Origin: Candidatus Bathyarchaeia archaeon
GTDB taxonomy: Archaea > Thermoproteota > Bathyarchaeia > Bathyarchaeales > Bathycorpusculaceae
Reading direction: 5' to 3'
DNA: 64,000 nucleotides
Assembly (NCBI GenBank): GCA_038883655.1
Contig: JAVZLQ010000003.1
Coordinates: 128,001 to 192,000, forward strand
Shown here one piece after another: positions 40,553-50,848 of the stretch (positions within the stretch are counted from its first letter, which is position 1; each line of letters begins with the position of its first letter). The notes beneath the pieces were generated by a model. The model made no database searches and was not told where the DNA came from. It worked only from the letters and a program-made list of their open reading frames with translations. The position numbers were made by a program, and so were the translations under genes.

Positions 40553-41650
40553 GTGAAAACATTGAAGGCGCTTATTCTCGCTGGAGGCTTCGGCACGAGG
40601 CTTAGGCCACTAAGTTGCACAAGACCGAAAAGCCTTTTCCCAATAATAAACAAGCCACTACTGCAATGGACTTTTGAAAGGCTCGCACAGAACGGCATAA
40701 AAGAAGCGATACTTGCAGTTAATAAGCAAACCGAGATCTTGATAAAACAGCATAGAATTCGAAAATGCGGATTACATGTAATTTATTCACTGGACCCGCC
40801 TAAAACGCCGCTTGGAACTGGCGGACCAGTAAAGAAGGCTGAAAAACTTATTGGACATGATTCGCCGTTCCTAGTATTAAATGGGGACATATTCGCAGAT
40901 GTGAGCTACACTGAAATTTTGAAGGAACATGCCGAGAACAAGGCTGTTGCAACAATAGCCATTCACAAGGTCGAAGACCCGAGCAGATTTGGCGTTGCGG
41001 AGCTGGTGGATGGCAAGCGCATTAAAAGGTTTATTGAAAAGCCGCGGAAGGAGGAAGCTCCAACCAATTTAATAAATGCTGGAGTCTACGCTTTAAGCCC
41101 AGAAATATTTAATTATATACCAAGCGGGCGCATGGTTTCTCTTGAACGCGAGATATTCCCAAAACTTGCAGAAGAAGGAAAACTTTGCGGATACATCTTT
41201 AACGGATTGTGGTCCGACGTGGGCAAACCCGAAGATTACATGGAAATAAACAAGCTTTTACTAAACTCGGATGCAAACAAATGTAGGCGGAAAATTATGT
41301 GCAAAGGAAAAATCGTAGAACCCGTAGCGCTTGACAAAGGGGTTTCAATAGACGAAAAATCAATTGTAGGCCCATACACCGTTCTCGGTAGAAACGTTGA
41401 AGTTGGACGAGAAGCGCGTATACGGAATGCCATAATTTTTCCAGAAACCACGGTGTCAGATTACGCATCAATTGACAATGCAATAATTGGTGAACATGTA
41501 GTAATTGGAATGAAAGCAAAAATAGGGGGAGGATGTATTCTCGCTGACGGTGTTAAAGTTAGGGATGGCGTTTCCCTTGTAAGAAATATTTTAGTTTGCC
41601 CAGCAAAAGAGGTTACCGACAACACCACAATATGCAAATGTATAATTTAA
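40553..41650 (+). CDS. NDP-sugar pyrophosphorylase (mannose-1-phosphate guanylyltransferase-like) with beta-helix tail
   Basis: ILAGGFGTRLRPL...PK, LGTGG, NGD, FIEKP, W.DVGKP. Confidence 0.9.
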   Translation: MKTLKALILAGGFGTRLRPLSCTRPKSLFPIINKPLLQWTFERLAQNGIKEAILAVNKQTEILIKQHRIRKCGLHVIYSLDPPKTPLGTGGPVKKAEKLIGHDSPFLVLNGDIFADVSYTEILKEHAENKAVATIAIHKVEDPSRFGVAELVDGKRIKRFIEKPRKEEAPTNLINAGVYALSPEIFNYIPSGRMVSLEREIFPKLAEEGKLCGYIFNGLWSDVGKPEDYMEINKLLLNSDANKCRRKIMCKGKIVEPVALDKGVSIDEKSIVGPYTVLGRNVEVGREARIRNAIIFPETTVSDYASIDNAIIGEHVVIGMKAKIGGGCILADGVKVRDGVSLVRNILVCPAKEVTDNTTICKCII

Positions 41651-41656
41651 GGAGGA

Positions 41657-43039
41657 ATGCAAATGTTGGGCGCGAGAAGACTTTTTGGAACAAACGGAAT
41701 CCGCGGAATAGTCAACAAAGAATTAACTCCCGAAATAGCAGCAAAAATCGGAGCGGCGATAGGAACATTCTTTAAACAGGGAAAATTGGTTGTGGGACAT
41801 GACGCGAGAACAAGTGGTCCCATGCTCACAAACGCGGTTATTGCTGGTTTAAATGCAGCTGGATGCGACGTGATTTTTGGTGGGATGGCGCCGACTCCAG
41901 CGCTGCAGTATGCAACAAAAAGCCGCGGAATGGATGGTGGCGTAATAGTAACCGCCTCGCATAACCCGCCAGAGTATAATGGAATAAAGGTTTTGTGGAG
42001 TGATGGAATAGAGCTTTCACGCGACCAAGAAATTAAAATTGAAGACATATTTTTTGATGGAAAGACAAGTTATATTGAATGGATGAATATTGGAAGAGTA
42101 AACGCAGCCAACGGCATAATCGACGAATATGTAGAGGCTGTAAAAAGGCATGTAAACGTTGATAAAATCGCTAAAAGGCGATATCACGTTGTTGTTGATG
42201 CTGCAAACAGCGTTGGCAACTTGGCAATACCGCGTTTAATCCGCGAATTGGGATGCAAAGTCACAACAATAAACGGAGACATCGATGGAACATTCCCTGG
42301 AAGATCGCCTGAACCGCGACCCGAAAATTTGGGCGAGTTAGCCTCGGCGGTGAGAGCTGTTAAAGCGGATTTTGGCGTTGCCTTTGATGGAGATGCTGAC
42401 CGCGCAATATTTGTTGACGAGCGAGGTGAAATTCACTGGGGAGACAAAACGTTTGCTTTGGTTGAAAAACATTTTTTAAAGCAAAACCCAGGCGAAAAGG
42501 TTGTGACACCAGTAAGTTCCTCAACTTTAATTAGCGACATAACTGACGCTTACGGCGGAAAACTTATCCTAACAAAGGTTGGCAGCATAACCGTTTCCCA
42601 AACAATGAAGAAACTGAAGGCTAAGCTTGGCGGGGAAGAAAACGGCGGAATATTTTATGGACCACATCAGCCGGTCAGGGATGGCGCAATGGCGACAGCC
42701 TTAATTTTGAATATTATGGCTGAGACCGGAAGGAAACTTTCAAATTTACTTGAGGAACTGCCAAAATACTTTATAGAAAAGGGGAAAGTTGCATGCCCAG
42801 AAAGTCTAAAGCAGAAAACGCTTGAGAAGCTTATAGAACAGGTTAAAGGTCAAAACATGAACACCATAGACGGAGTAAAATTATGGTTTGAAGACAAAAG
42901 CGCCATTCTTGTGAGACCAAGCGGCACAGAACCAATTTACAGATTGTACGCTGAAGCCAAAAGTAGGAAGAGAGCGAAGCAGCTTTTGGACGAGTATTCG
43001 TTGAAACTTAAAAAGATAATAAAAGGTTTAAAGGGTTAG
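41657..43039 (+). CDS. Phosphohexomutase (GlmM/PMM)
   Basis: FGTNGIRG, TASHNP, DGDADR, GEENGG, RPSGTEP. Confidence 0.92.
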   Translation: MQMLGARRLFGTNGIRGIVNKELTPEIAAKIGAAIGTFFKQGKLVVGHDARTSGPMLTNAVIAGLNAAGCDVIFGGMAPTPALQYATKSRGMDGGVIVTASHNPPEYNGIKVLWSDGIELSRDQEIKIEDIFFDGKTSYIEWMNIGRVNAANGIIDEYVEAVKRHVNVDKIAKRRYHVVVDAANSVGNLAIPRLIRELGCKVTTINGDIDGTFPGRSPEPRPENLGELASAVRAVKADFGVAFDGDADRAIFVDERGEIHWGDKTFALVEKHFLKQNPGEKVVTPVSSSTLISDITDAYGGKLILTKVGSITVSQTMKKLKAKLGGEENGGIFYGPHQPVRDGAMATALILNIMAETGRKLSNLLEELPKYFIEKGKVACPESLKQKTLEKLIEQVKGQNMNTIDGVKLWFEDKSAILVRPSGTEPIYRLYAEAKSRKRAKQLLDEYSLKLKKIIKGLKG

Positions 43040-43043
43040 GAAA

Positions 43044-44417
43044 ATGTCCTTAAACGTTTTACATTTAAAGCAAGAAGACTTGGATACATTAGAAAAACGT
43101 GCAAACTATACGGTGAGTGTTGTTGGTTGCAAACATGCTGGTGTTTTTCACGCATGGCTGGCAATTGAAAAGGGATTCAAAGTTTACTGTGCAGATGCAG
43201 ATAGAACGGTGCTAAATGGCATTGCAAAAGGAAAGATGCCCTTTATACAGAATGAAATAGCATTGAAAATGAAAAACTGCGTAAAAAGTGGGATACTAAA
43301 CTTAACGACAGACATCAAAATGGCTGCAGCGCAAAGTAACATAATCATCATAACGATTCCCGTAGAAGTAGATGATAAGGGAAAAGCTAATTATTCAAAA
43401 ATTGAAAATGTGTGCAAACAAGTGGGGCTGGGTTTTCGCCGCGGTTCCCTAGTAATTCTTACAAGCACCGTTGGTGTTGGCATAGTACAATCCTTAATAA
43501 GGGAAAGTTTGGAAAACGCTTCTGGGCTTAAATGTGGAGTGGATTTTGGACTAGCCTACAGTCCAATTAAATCTTTGGACGGACAAATGCCGGAGGCAAT
43601 AAGGAAAGGCGAAAGAGTCGTTGCGGCATTCGACATGAACAGCTTAAACGCAGCATCAACCTTTTTAGAAGCTATTACCGAGTGCGCTTTAAAGAAGACA
43701 TTGAACGTGAAGGCTGCCGAAGTCGCAGCGATTTTTGAAGCAATACAGAATAACGTAAATGTTGCCCTTGCTAGGGAGTTTGCAGTATTCTGTGAAAAAG
43801 CTGGAATAGACCACATGGAAGTCGCTAAGCTTTCACGGAGTGAGACAGTCCTTCGGTTTTCTGCGGCGTATTTTGATGATACGTATTGCGTTGAACCACG
43901 CTTCTTCTTTGAGGATTCTGAAACATTTAACATTAAAGCGCGTATTCTGAAAGCTGCTAATGATGTAAATGCGGCAATGGCAAAGCATGCTGCAAACTTG
44001 GTTAGGGATGCCTTAAAAGGCTGTTCTAAAACCATGCGAAGGGCAAGAATCGCCGTTTTAGGGATTACACGTTTAAGAAACACGAAAGCTCCATGGAAAG
44101 GTGCAGCATTAGAACTAATTAGGATGTTGAACGCGGTAGGTGCAAGGCTCAGCGTTTATGATCCATATGTTACGGTTGAGGAGGCACATGAAATTTCAAA
44201 TTTAAAGAGAAGTTTGGTGGACGCCCTAGAGGGAGCGGACTGCGCCGTAATATTGACTGGCCATGAAGTGTTCAGGAGCTTAAACTTGAAAGAACTGAAG
44301 GTTATAATGAAGATGCCAGCCGCTATTGTGGATTTGGAGGGAATAGTTGAGCCATTTACGGTTGAAAAGGAAGGGTTCATATACCGTGGTTTGGGAAGGG
44401 GTGTGTGGACAAAATGA
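43044..44417 (+). CDS. UDP-glucose/GDP-mannose dehydrogenase family homolog with degenerate catalytic motifs
   Basis: Overall layout (ST...G, G.DFGLAYSP, AE, YDPYV, D..VI.T.H) fits the family, but GxGxxG, PER, the catalytic Lys and GGxC are altered. Confidence 0.75.
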   Translation: MSLNVLHLKQEDLDTLEKRANYTVSVVGCKHAGVFHAWLAIEKGFKVYCADADRTVLNGIAKGKMPFIQNEIALKMKNCVKSGILNLTTDIKMAAAQSNIIIITIPVEVDDKGKANYSKIENVCKQVGLGFRRGSLVILTSTVGVGIVQSLIRESLENASGLKCGVDFGLAYSPIKSLDGQMPEAIRKGERVVAAFDMNSLNAASTFLEAITECALKKTLNVKAAEVAAIFEAIQNNVNVALAREFAVFCEKAGIDHMEVAKLSRSETVLRFSAAYFDDTYCVEPRFFFEDSETFNIKARILKAANDVNAAMAKHAANLVRDALKGCSKTMRRARIAVLGITRLRNTKAPWKGAALELIRMLNAVGARLSVYDPYVTVEEAHEISNLKRSLVDALEGADCAVILTGHEVFRSLNLKELKVIMKMPAAIVDLEGIVEPFTVEKEGFIYRGLGRGVWTK

Positions 44418-45370
44418 GAAAAGTTGGAGTGGCAGTTATAGGCACAGGTTTTTGGGGTAGAAATCACGCGAGAATTTACAAGGAACTGGCTGAAACAGAG
44501 TTGCTGGCTGTCTGCGACATTGATTCTGAAAGAGCAAAAGCCGTGGCAAAACAGTTTGGAGTAAAGCCATACACGCGAACCGAAAGAATGGTGAAAATAA
44601 AGGAAATAGAAGCTGTCAGTATCTGCACGTGGTCAACAAGCCTAGCAAAGGAAGCCATGAAAGCCATAAAAGCTGGAAAACATGTCCTAATCGAGAAGCC
44701 AATGGCAACAAATATCAAACAAGCAAAACAACTGCTGGAGGCAGCGGAAAAGGAAAATGTGCACATAACTGTTGGCTTTTTGATGCGCTTCATTCCAGGG
44801 ATACAACATATTAAAAAGGCAATAGAAGACAAAACGATCGGAGAGCTTGTGTGCGCCACAGCGAAGAGGGTTTCTGAGTGGCCAGAAAGGATTGGGGATG
44901 TTGGTGTTGTTAAGGACACAGCAATCCACGACATAGATGTAATGCGGTATCTTTTTGGAGATGAGCCGATAGCCGTTTTTGCAAAAACTGGGAGTATGAA
45001 GCATAGGAAGTTTGAGGACTATGCACAAATAATGTTGACTTTTGAGGCTGGAAAGAGCGCCTTCATAGAGTCGAACTGGCTTACACCTTACAAAACGCGG
45101 ATATTGACCGTTACTGGAAGCGCCGCTATAATGAAGCTTGACTATATAACGCAGGAACTGACTGTGGAAAGCGCGAAAGAAACTGTGCAGCCTCGGATTG
45201 CATGGCGAGAACCGCTGAAGCTTGAATTGCAACATTTTGCAAGATGCGTTTTAGGTAAAGAAAAACCGCTTATAACTGGTGTTGACGGTTTGAAAGCCTT
45301 GGAAATAGCTGAAGCAGCTTTAAGGTCTTCGGCTAAAGGCAGAGTAGAAAAGTTAAAGAAGAACTTATAA
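44414..45370 (+). CDS. Gfo/Idh/MocA oxidoreductase (UDP-GlcNAc 3-dehydrogenase-like)
   Basis: IGTGFWG..HAR, EKP, DVGV..D.AIHDID, WLTP.K.R. Confidence 0.88.
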   Translation: MRKVGVAVIGTGFWGRNHARIYKELAETELLAVCDIDSERAKAVAKQFGVKPYTRTERMVKIKEIEAVSICTWSTSLAKEAMKAIKAGKHVLIEKPMATNIKQAKQLLEAAEKENVHITVGFLMRFIPGIQHIKKAIEDKTIGELVCATAKRVSEWPERIGDVGVVKDTAIHDIDVMRYLFGDEPIAVFAKTGSMKHRKFEDYAQIMLTFEAGKSAFIESNWLTPYKTRILTVTGSAAIMKLDYITQELTVESAKETVQPRIAWREPLKLELQHFARCVLGKEKPLITGVDGLKALEIAEAALRSSAKGRVEKLKKNL

Positions 45371-45417
45371 CGCGTTATACGCCCTGTCAATTTGAATTGC
45401 GAAAATTCTGAATTGAC
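45366..45417. terminator. Palindrome and hairpin between convergent genes
   Basis: Perfect TATAACGCGTTATA (45366-79), then GTCAATT...AATTGAC stem (45386-45417). Confidence 0.35.
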
Positions 45418-45449
45418 GGCCCTCAATTTTTCACGATTAAACATCCCGT

Positions 45450-45731
45450 TTATTGATGTTTGCTTTTAATGTTGAATGGTTTACCTTCGGATAAAATTTT
45501 TTCCGGAATTTTCTCTTTCCATTTTTTCAGGAAAGGTAAATCCTCGCTTTCTTTTCGAAGCTCGTCGGGTAGCATTTCTGGAATCTCATCGCGTATGGGA
45601 TACCACCTCAAACATTTTGGGCAAACGATTAAGCCCTCAACGATTTCGTCCTTTTCCTCGAACACGTAGAGCTCCAACGGATAATGTTTATCAATTGGAC
45701 ACGCAAGGATTTCCATAAGCTTTCGCTTCAT
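45450..45731 (-). CDS. trm112: Trm112 family methyltransferase activator
   Basis: LMEILACP.DK..PL, EG...CPKC.R.YPI.D.IP.MLP. Confidence 0.9.
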   Translation of the reverse strand: MKRKLMEILACPIDKHYPLELYVFEEKDEIVEGLIVCPKCLRWYPIRDEIPEMLPDELRKESEDLPFLKKWKEKIPEKILSEGKPFNIKSKHQ

Positions 45732-45793
45732 ATTACATCAATTCCAAGTATTTTGCTTTAAACTATAAAACATTTTATGTCCGCCCAAAATCT

Positions 45794-46645
45794 TTAGGGT
45801 TTAACTTTAATGTCTAAAACAACTTGATACCAGTTTGGACCTGTATTCCTAACAACTCGTCCAAATGGTATTTCAAAATTAACGCCTAAGTCGGTTAGTC
45901 TATTAGCAACTTTTATCTTGACTTTCGCAGCGGCATCCTCGTTTTTGCTCGCGTGTTCAAAATCGTAATAGTGTATCCATCCGCCATTTTCCTTAAGCGC
46001 TAATAGAGCGCAGGACAGATATTCAAAGGCTCTTTCCGGGAGCGGCATTAAAACGCGATCGGCAACGTGGCAAAGTTTTTCTTTAATTATTTCTTTTGCG
46101 TCGCCAAGCATAGGCACAACTTTACCGTAAACTCTGTTCAGCCTTATATTTTCCTTCATGTAATCAACTGCCACAGGGTTGATGTCGATTGAATACGCTT
46201 TTGAAACATCGGAGTGCTTTGCTATGATTATTGAGAAGCAGCCAACACCAGCAAACATGTTTACGACTGTTTCTCCACCTTTCACTTGTCTTGCAATGCG
46301 CATTCTTTCATAAAATAGCCTTGGAGAAAAGTAACACCTTTGAACGTCAACGTGGAAGACGCATCCAGACTCTTTATGAAAAGTGCTTGTCTTATGCTCA
46401 CCAGCAATATGTTCTAAGGCGCGAAGCCTAAATTCTCCGGTAACTGGTCCCGTTTGCGCCAGAACTGTTCGCACATTTTTATGTATGCCCATCAGCGTTT
46501 CCGCGATAACTTCGCCGTGCTTTTTTGATTGTGATGTTAGGCGTATTATTGCTATGTCTCCGACAATGTCGTAGGAGCTATACAAATGTGCAAGTTCGCT
46601 TGGAGAAAGCACAGTTGCCAACGCGTTTTTCAAGCTTTTCCTCAA
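45794..46645 (-). CDS. Trm5/Met-10 family tRNA methyltransferase, short Taw21/aTrm5a-like form
   Basis: YDIVGDIA, G.FR, YFSPR...ER, MFAGVG.F, DINP, DRVLMPLP, HYY; TTG start inferred. Confidence 0.8.
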   Translation of the reverse strand: MRKSLKNALATVLSPSELAHLYSSYDIVGDIAIIRLTSQSKKHGEVIAETLMGIHKNVRTVLAQTGPVTGEFRLRALEHIAGEHKTSTFHKESGCVFHVDVQRCYFSPRLFYERMRIARQVKGGETVVNMFAGVGCFSIIIAKHSDVSKAYSIDINPVAVDYMKENIRLNRVYGKVVPMLGDAKEIIKEKLCHVADRVLMPLPERAFEYLSCALLALKENGGWIHYYDFEHASKNEDAAAKVKIKVANRLTDLGVNFEIPFGRVVRNTGPNWYQVVLDIKVKP

Positions 46646-46725
46646 GGCTATTTCATCCTTCACTAAATTAGTTGCGTTTGGAAACATTTAAAAGCAAAAC
46701 GCCTTCTTTTGATAAGGGGATAATC

Positions 46726-46887
46726 ATGGCTAAAACTGGAATTGTATACGAGTGTGTAAGGTGCGGAGCAAAAGTTTCACCAGAAGATTTGGAGCTCCGC
46801 GGTGGGGAAATAAAGTGCACGACTTGCGGCTACAGAATTTTAAGGAAGATAAAGCCTCCTGTTGTCAAGCGGATCAAAGCAAAATAA
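46726..46887 (+). CDS. rpo12: RNA polymerase subunit Rpo12 (P)
   Basis: YECVRCG...IKC..CGYRIL.K.KPP.VKR.KA. Confidence 0.92.
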   Translation: MAKTGIVYECVRCGAKVSPEDLELRGGEIKCTTCGYRILRKIKPPVVKRIKAK

Positions 46888-46917
46888 AAAGAGAGAGTGA
46901 ACCGTTAGTAGGATGTT

Positions 46918-47205
46918 CTAAAAGATTTCTTTTTCGCCTATTTTGCGAAGCGCCCTGCCGCGAAGCTTTATTGCGGGTCCAACAACTTCCTCTGGCGGTT
47001 TTTCAACAGTTTTCCTTTTCACAGTTTCACCGCATATTCCCCTAGGAAGTAGGCGCCTCTTAACGCAAATGGCGTATCTGCAGTTTGCAACGTCGCATAC
47101 CTCTTCAGTCCATCTACACCAAACACCATCACGCCTGTAGACTGCAGCATTCTGGGTGCACTTGAAGGCTTGACATGTTGGAGAACAAGCTTTTCCTTGC
47201 GCCAA
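46918..47205 (-). CDS. Small Cys-rich (8 Cys) hypothetical protein
   Basis: C-x3-C-x4-C ... CRW...C....C.YA.C...L...G.C; start uncertain. Confidence 0.7.
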   Translation of the reverse strand: MAQGKACSPTCQAFKCTQNAAVYRRDGVWCRWTEEVCDVANCRYAICVKRRLLPRGICGETVKRKTVEKPPEEVVGPAIKLRGRALRKIGEKEIF

Positions 47206-47304
47206 CACACGCACAACCCTTGTTATTTTCAAAACTTTCGCATCAACAGCTCTCTAAAATATTCTTACAAAGAGAGAATATTAAACCTTTTTCTATACAA
47301 CTCC

Positions 47305-49419
47305 TTATTTCCGCTCCTCTTTAGGCCCTTGACTCTTGAAACTCTTTCTCCTATAAACTTCCAAGGCTATTATGAATAGGGCTGTTATGGCAACTATTAT
47401 TGCAGTAGCCAAGTTACCCGTATCAACAATAAAGCCTGCTAGAACAACATATCTATCAATTTTGATGGTGAGCACTGTGGGAGCCACTACATTAGCTATT
47501 TTGGTAATACACGGCTCCAATTGGCCGGGCATGTATACGGCTATATGGATTTCTCCTCCAATAGCATTTTGGAATGTAACTGTGCCGCCTGAGTCCGTTT
47601 GTTTAGAATCTTGTAGTGAATCATGGCGTAATATTACGTTGGCGCCAGATATTGGTTGACCAAAGTAATCAACAACTTTAACTGTTATGTTTAAGCCGTA
47701 AAGCTGACATTTCACTGTTACATTAAATTCAACATCGCCAGAAGTTAAATCAAATACCGTTTCATTTAAGAGTATATTGCTAAAGAAAATTTTGACAGAG
47801 TATCTTCCGAAAGTGCAGTTTAAGGTGGCATTTCCGTTAACAGCCTCTCCTTCAGTAAACAATCCAACGGTTAGCTCTTGGGCTCTCAATGTTGCCGATG
47901 GAATTGGCTGGTTATTTGCATCTAAAACTTGAATGTTAAGCCTTCTGGTTGGATAAAGAACTGTCACGTTAACGTATTCGGCAACTGGTAAATCTGGAAT
48001 AGTGTTGTTGCCAATGTTAAAAACCAGCCCATAAAGTGAGGCATTAACCACGCAAGTCACGTTGGTAAGCACAGTTGGAAAAACAATCAGGCCATTAAGG
48101 TCTGTTCGATTGGATTCGGTGGCAGTTTTGTTTTCTGGCATGCCGTAGTTTGTAGTGTAATTATAAGTGAGTGTTATGTTCACGTTTGGAATGCGCACGC
48201 CACGCTCATTTTCAACAATTATGTTTAGACTTGTTATGTTACAAGTGAAGGAAAAGTTTAAGGTGGCTTCTCTCGTAACGCTGAACAGAAAACCATCACC
48301 AACCTTCACATCCTTAAAGTAAGTTTCAGCTGTATAATCACCTATCTCAAGCATGAAGTTGGTGTATCCGCCTGCCCCACTGCGGTTTGTATGGTAAATA
48401 TTTGCAGAGACATCGTGCAACTTCACTAAGACATCTGGAACACTTTTTCCTGCAAGGTTAAGCGTATAAACAGTTGTGCTAAAGCCTGGAACATTAAATA
48501 TCTGGGTGTCTGTGAAGTTCTTGGCTGTTGGCACTGGCGTTATGGTCACATTGTAGGTGTGGGTTGCGTTGCTTACAAGCATATTATTTGGAACAAGCCA
48601 ATCATAGTTTACTGTTCCATCTGTAACATTGTAGGGTATGGTGTCTATAGCGGTATTTCCAAACTTTATTTCAATTGTAACGTTCTCGTTAACTGGATAG
48701 TTAACTGCTTTGATGTTGACAATGTCACCTCGATGATAGACACTTGCGTTTGTAATGCCAACGAAAAACTGGTCTCCTGTAAAGGTTTCATTGAAAAAAA
48801 TCTTATAGTATCCGGTGAAGTTTGTGTTTGCGCCTTCCACGAAATCATCTGGGTATGCGACGTTAAAGAAGCAAGTTCCAGAAACATCAGTTGTAATGTT
48901 GATGTCATTTCGCAAGGTGTAGTTCAAGTCTTCGCGTGGCGTTTGAACCTTAATTTTCGGATATGTGTAATTAGCCAAGCCTCCAGTGATATTAACTGTG
49001 ATTATTAAGCTTGCGCCTTCTTGCAGTTGTGCGGGAGGCTCTGGAACTTGAGGCTTAAACGACTGGAACGTTAAAATGGTAAAGCTTCCGGTGTCGTTTT
49101 CTCCCATCGCATCAATTAGCGTAATGTTGTGGGCGCCTTGCGGCGCATGTGGTATTATAAAGCTTACAGTTACGTTGTTTTCTGTGGCTTCTCCGCTTAA
49201 AATTTCATTTTCATCAAATAATATTCTATAAGTGCCAGTAGTGCTCACATTAGCCGTTAACGTGACATTTGTTCCAACATACCCGGAAGTGGGATTTATA
49301 GAGACTATTTTTGTTTCAGCCTTTGCCGAAGGTAGAAGTGAAAATGTAAACATTATTGATGACAGTAGAAGTAACAAGAATAAGATTGATTTAATTTTGT
49401 TTGGCGCAGTTGTTTTCAA
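47305..49419 (-). CDS. Membrane-anchored surface glycoprotein with tandem Ig/carboxypeptidase-regulatory-like domains
   Basis: Signal peptide ending AKA; repeats such as V.D..GQPI.GANV; many sequons; C-terminal TM + RRK. Start uncertain (ORF extends to 49599). Confidence 0.8.
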   Translation of the reverse strand: MKTTAPNKIKSILFLLLLLSSIMFTFSLLPSAKAETKIVSINPTSGYVGTNVTLTANVSTTGTYRILFDENEILSGEATENNVTVSFIIPHAPQGAHNITLIDAMGENDTGSFTILTFQSFKPQVPEPPAQLQEGASLIITVNITGGLANYTYPKIKVQTPREDLNYTLRNDINITTDVSGTCFFNVAYPDDFVEGANTNFTGYYKIFFNETFTGDQFFVGITNASVYHRGDIVNIKAVNYPVNENVTIEIKFGNTAIDTIPYNVTDGTVNYDWLVPNNMLVSNATHTYNVTITPVPTAKNFTDTQIFNVPGFSTTVYTLNLAGKSVPDVLVKLHDVSANIYHTNRSGAGGYTNFMLEIGDYTAETYFKDVKVGDGFLFSVTREATLNFSFTCNITSLNIIVENERGVRIPNVNITLTYNYTTNYGMPENKTATESNRTDLNGLIVFPTVLTNVTCVVNASLYGLVFNIGNNTIPDLPVAEYVNVTVLYPTRRLNIQVLDANNQPIPSATLRAQELTVGLFTEGEAVNGNATLNCTFGRYSVKIFFSNILLNETVFDLTSGDVEFNVTVKCQLYGLNITVKVVDYFGQPISGANVILRHDSLQDSKQTDSGGTVTFQNAIGGEIHIAVYMPGQLEPCITKIANVVAPTVLTIKIDRYVVLAGFIVDTGNLATAIIVAITALFIIALEVYRRKSFKSQGPKEERK

Positions 49420-49606
49420 AGCATGTTCCCTCTGAAACGCATGTGAGATGTGAACACTTCTAATACTAGGGAGCATTTTAACTTTACTTTCAATAACATA
49501 GCTTAGAGCTATCTTATACATAACTAGAGCCGTGAAAAATGTCAAGAAATTTGGGCGTAAAATAGAAAAGTAAATTTGTACGCGCGGTAAATTTTGCACA
49601 TTTGCG

Positions 49607-50797
49607 GTGATTGGAGTGATTGAGGAAATTCTCTCCTTGGCTGAGCAGCATGAAGAATGGCGCGGAAAGCAGTGCCTAAATCTTATTCCTTCAGAAAACG
49701 TGATGAGTCCATCCGTCCGAAAACTTCTCTCTTCAGAATTCGGAAACCGCTACACAGCAAGAGACCGCTTTTACATGGGAACACGCTTTCTAGATGAAGT
49801 TGAAGCGTGCGGAGAAAAACTTGCAAAAGATGTTTTTAAGTCCGAAGTAGCTGATTTGCGCCCACTTTCTGGACACATTGCAGACCTAATATTCATAGCT
49901 AACTTCACAAAGCCAAAAGACACGCTCATGTGCGTATCTCCAGACGACGGCGGATATCCTGGAATGTGGAAAGAAGGATTAGCTGAACTATTAAAATTAA
50001 ACGCGATACCCTTCCCCTTTTCCAAACGTGACATGAGCATTAAAGTAGAAGAAGCAAAGGAAACAATTAAACGTGTCAAGCCAAAACTTGTTGTTTTCGG
50101 CGCAAGCATAATCGTTTTCCCACAGCCAGTTAAAGAGCTGGCAGAAACTGCCAAGGAAAACGGAGCAGTTGTCGGATTTGATGGTTCGCATGTCTTGGGA
50201 TTGATTGCTGGAGGACAATTCCAAGACCCATTAAGGGAGGGGGCACATGCACTTTTCGGGTCAACTCACAAAACATTCTTTGGACCACAAGGTGGAATTA
50301 TCTTGGCGGATAGGAAGCATGGAGAAATTCTCAAGGAGAAAATTTATCCAGCTTTTGTGGATAATGCGCATTGGAACCGTATTGCAGCGTTAACCCTAGC
50401 TTTGGCTGAAATGAAAAAGTTCGGCAAAGCCTACGCAAGACAAGTTATACGAAATGCGCAAGAGTTGGCAAGGGCGCTGCATGATTTTGGGCTTCCGGTT
50501 GCATGTGAACATTTAGGCTTTACGAAGTCGCATCAGGTTCTGCTGAATTATGGCGATTATGAAGGGGGTCGAGCAAAGGCAGAGAAGCTTCAGCATGCAA
50601 ACATAATTGTTGACTGCGTCATCAGGATTGGCACATGCGAAGTTACGAGACGCGGGATGAAAGAGGCTGAAATGCATAGAATAGCCGAACTAATTAAGAG
50701 AGTGCTTATTGATGAAGAAAAACCTGAAAATGTTAAGAGGGATGTCGCCAAACTCTGCGCTGAATTCCAAAGACTGGAATATTGCTTTGACGAGTGA
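49607..50797 (+). CDS. glyA: Serine hydroxymethyltransferase
   Basis: NLIPSEN, R.Y.G, DGSHVLGL, STHKTFFGPQGG, R.GT.E.TR.G. Confidence 0.9.
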   Translation: MIGVIEEILSLAEQHEEWRGKQCLNLIPSENVMSPSVRKLLSSEFGNRYTARDRFYMGTRFLDEVEACGEKLAKDVFKSEVADLRPLSGHIADLIFIANFTKPKDTLMCVSPDDGGYPGMWKEGLAELLKLNAIPFPFSKRDMSIKVEEAKETIKRVKPKLVVFGASIIVFPQPVKELAETAKENGAVVGFDGSHVLGLIAGGQFQDPLREGAHALFGSTHKTFFGPQGGIILADRKHGEILKEKIYPAFVDNAHWNRIAALTLALAEMKKFGKAYARQVIRNAQELARALHDFGLPVACEHLGFTKSHQVLLNYGDYEGGRAKAEKLQHANIIVDCVIRIGTCEVTRRGMKEAEMHRIAELIKRVLIDEEKPENVKRDVAKLCAEFQRLEYCFDE

Positions 50798-50848
50798 AAC
50801 TGTTTTATTAGGTGCGTTTTTATGCTATTATCATATGAGTGAGAAACT

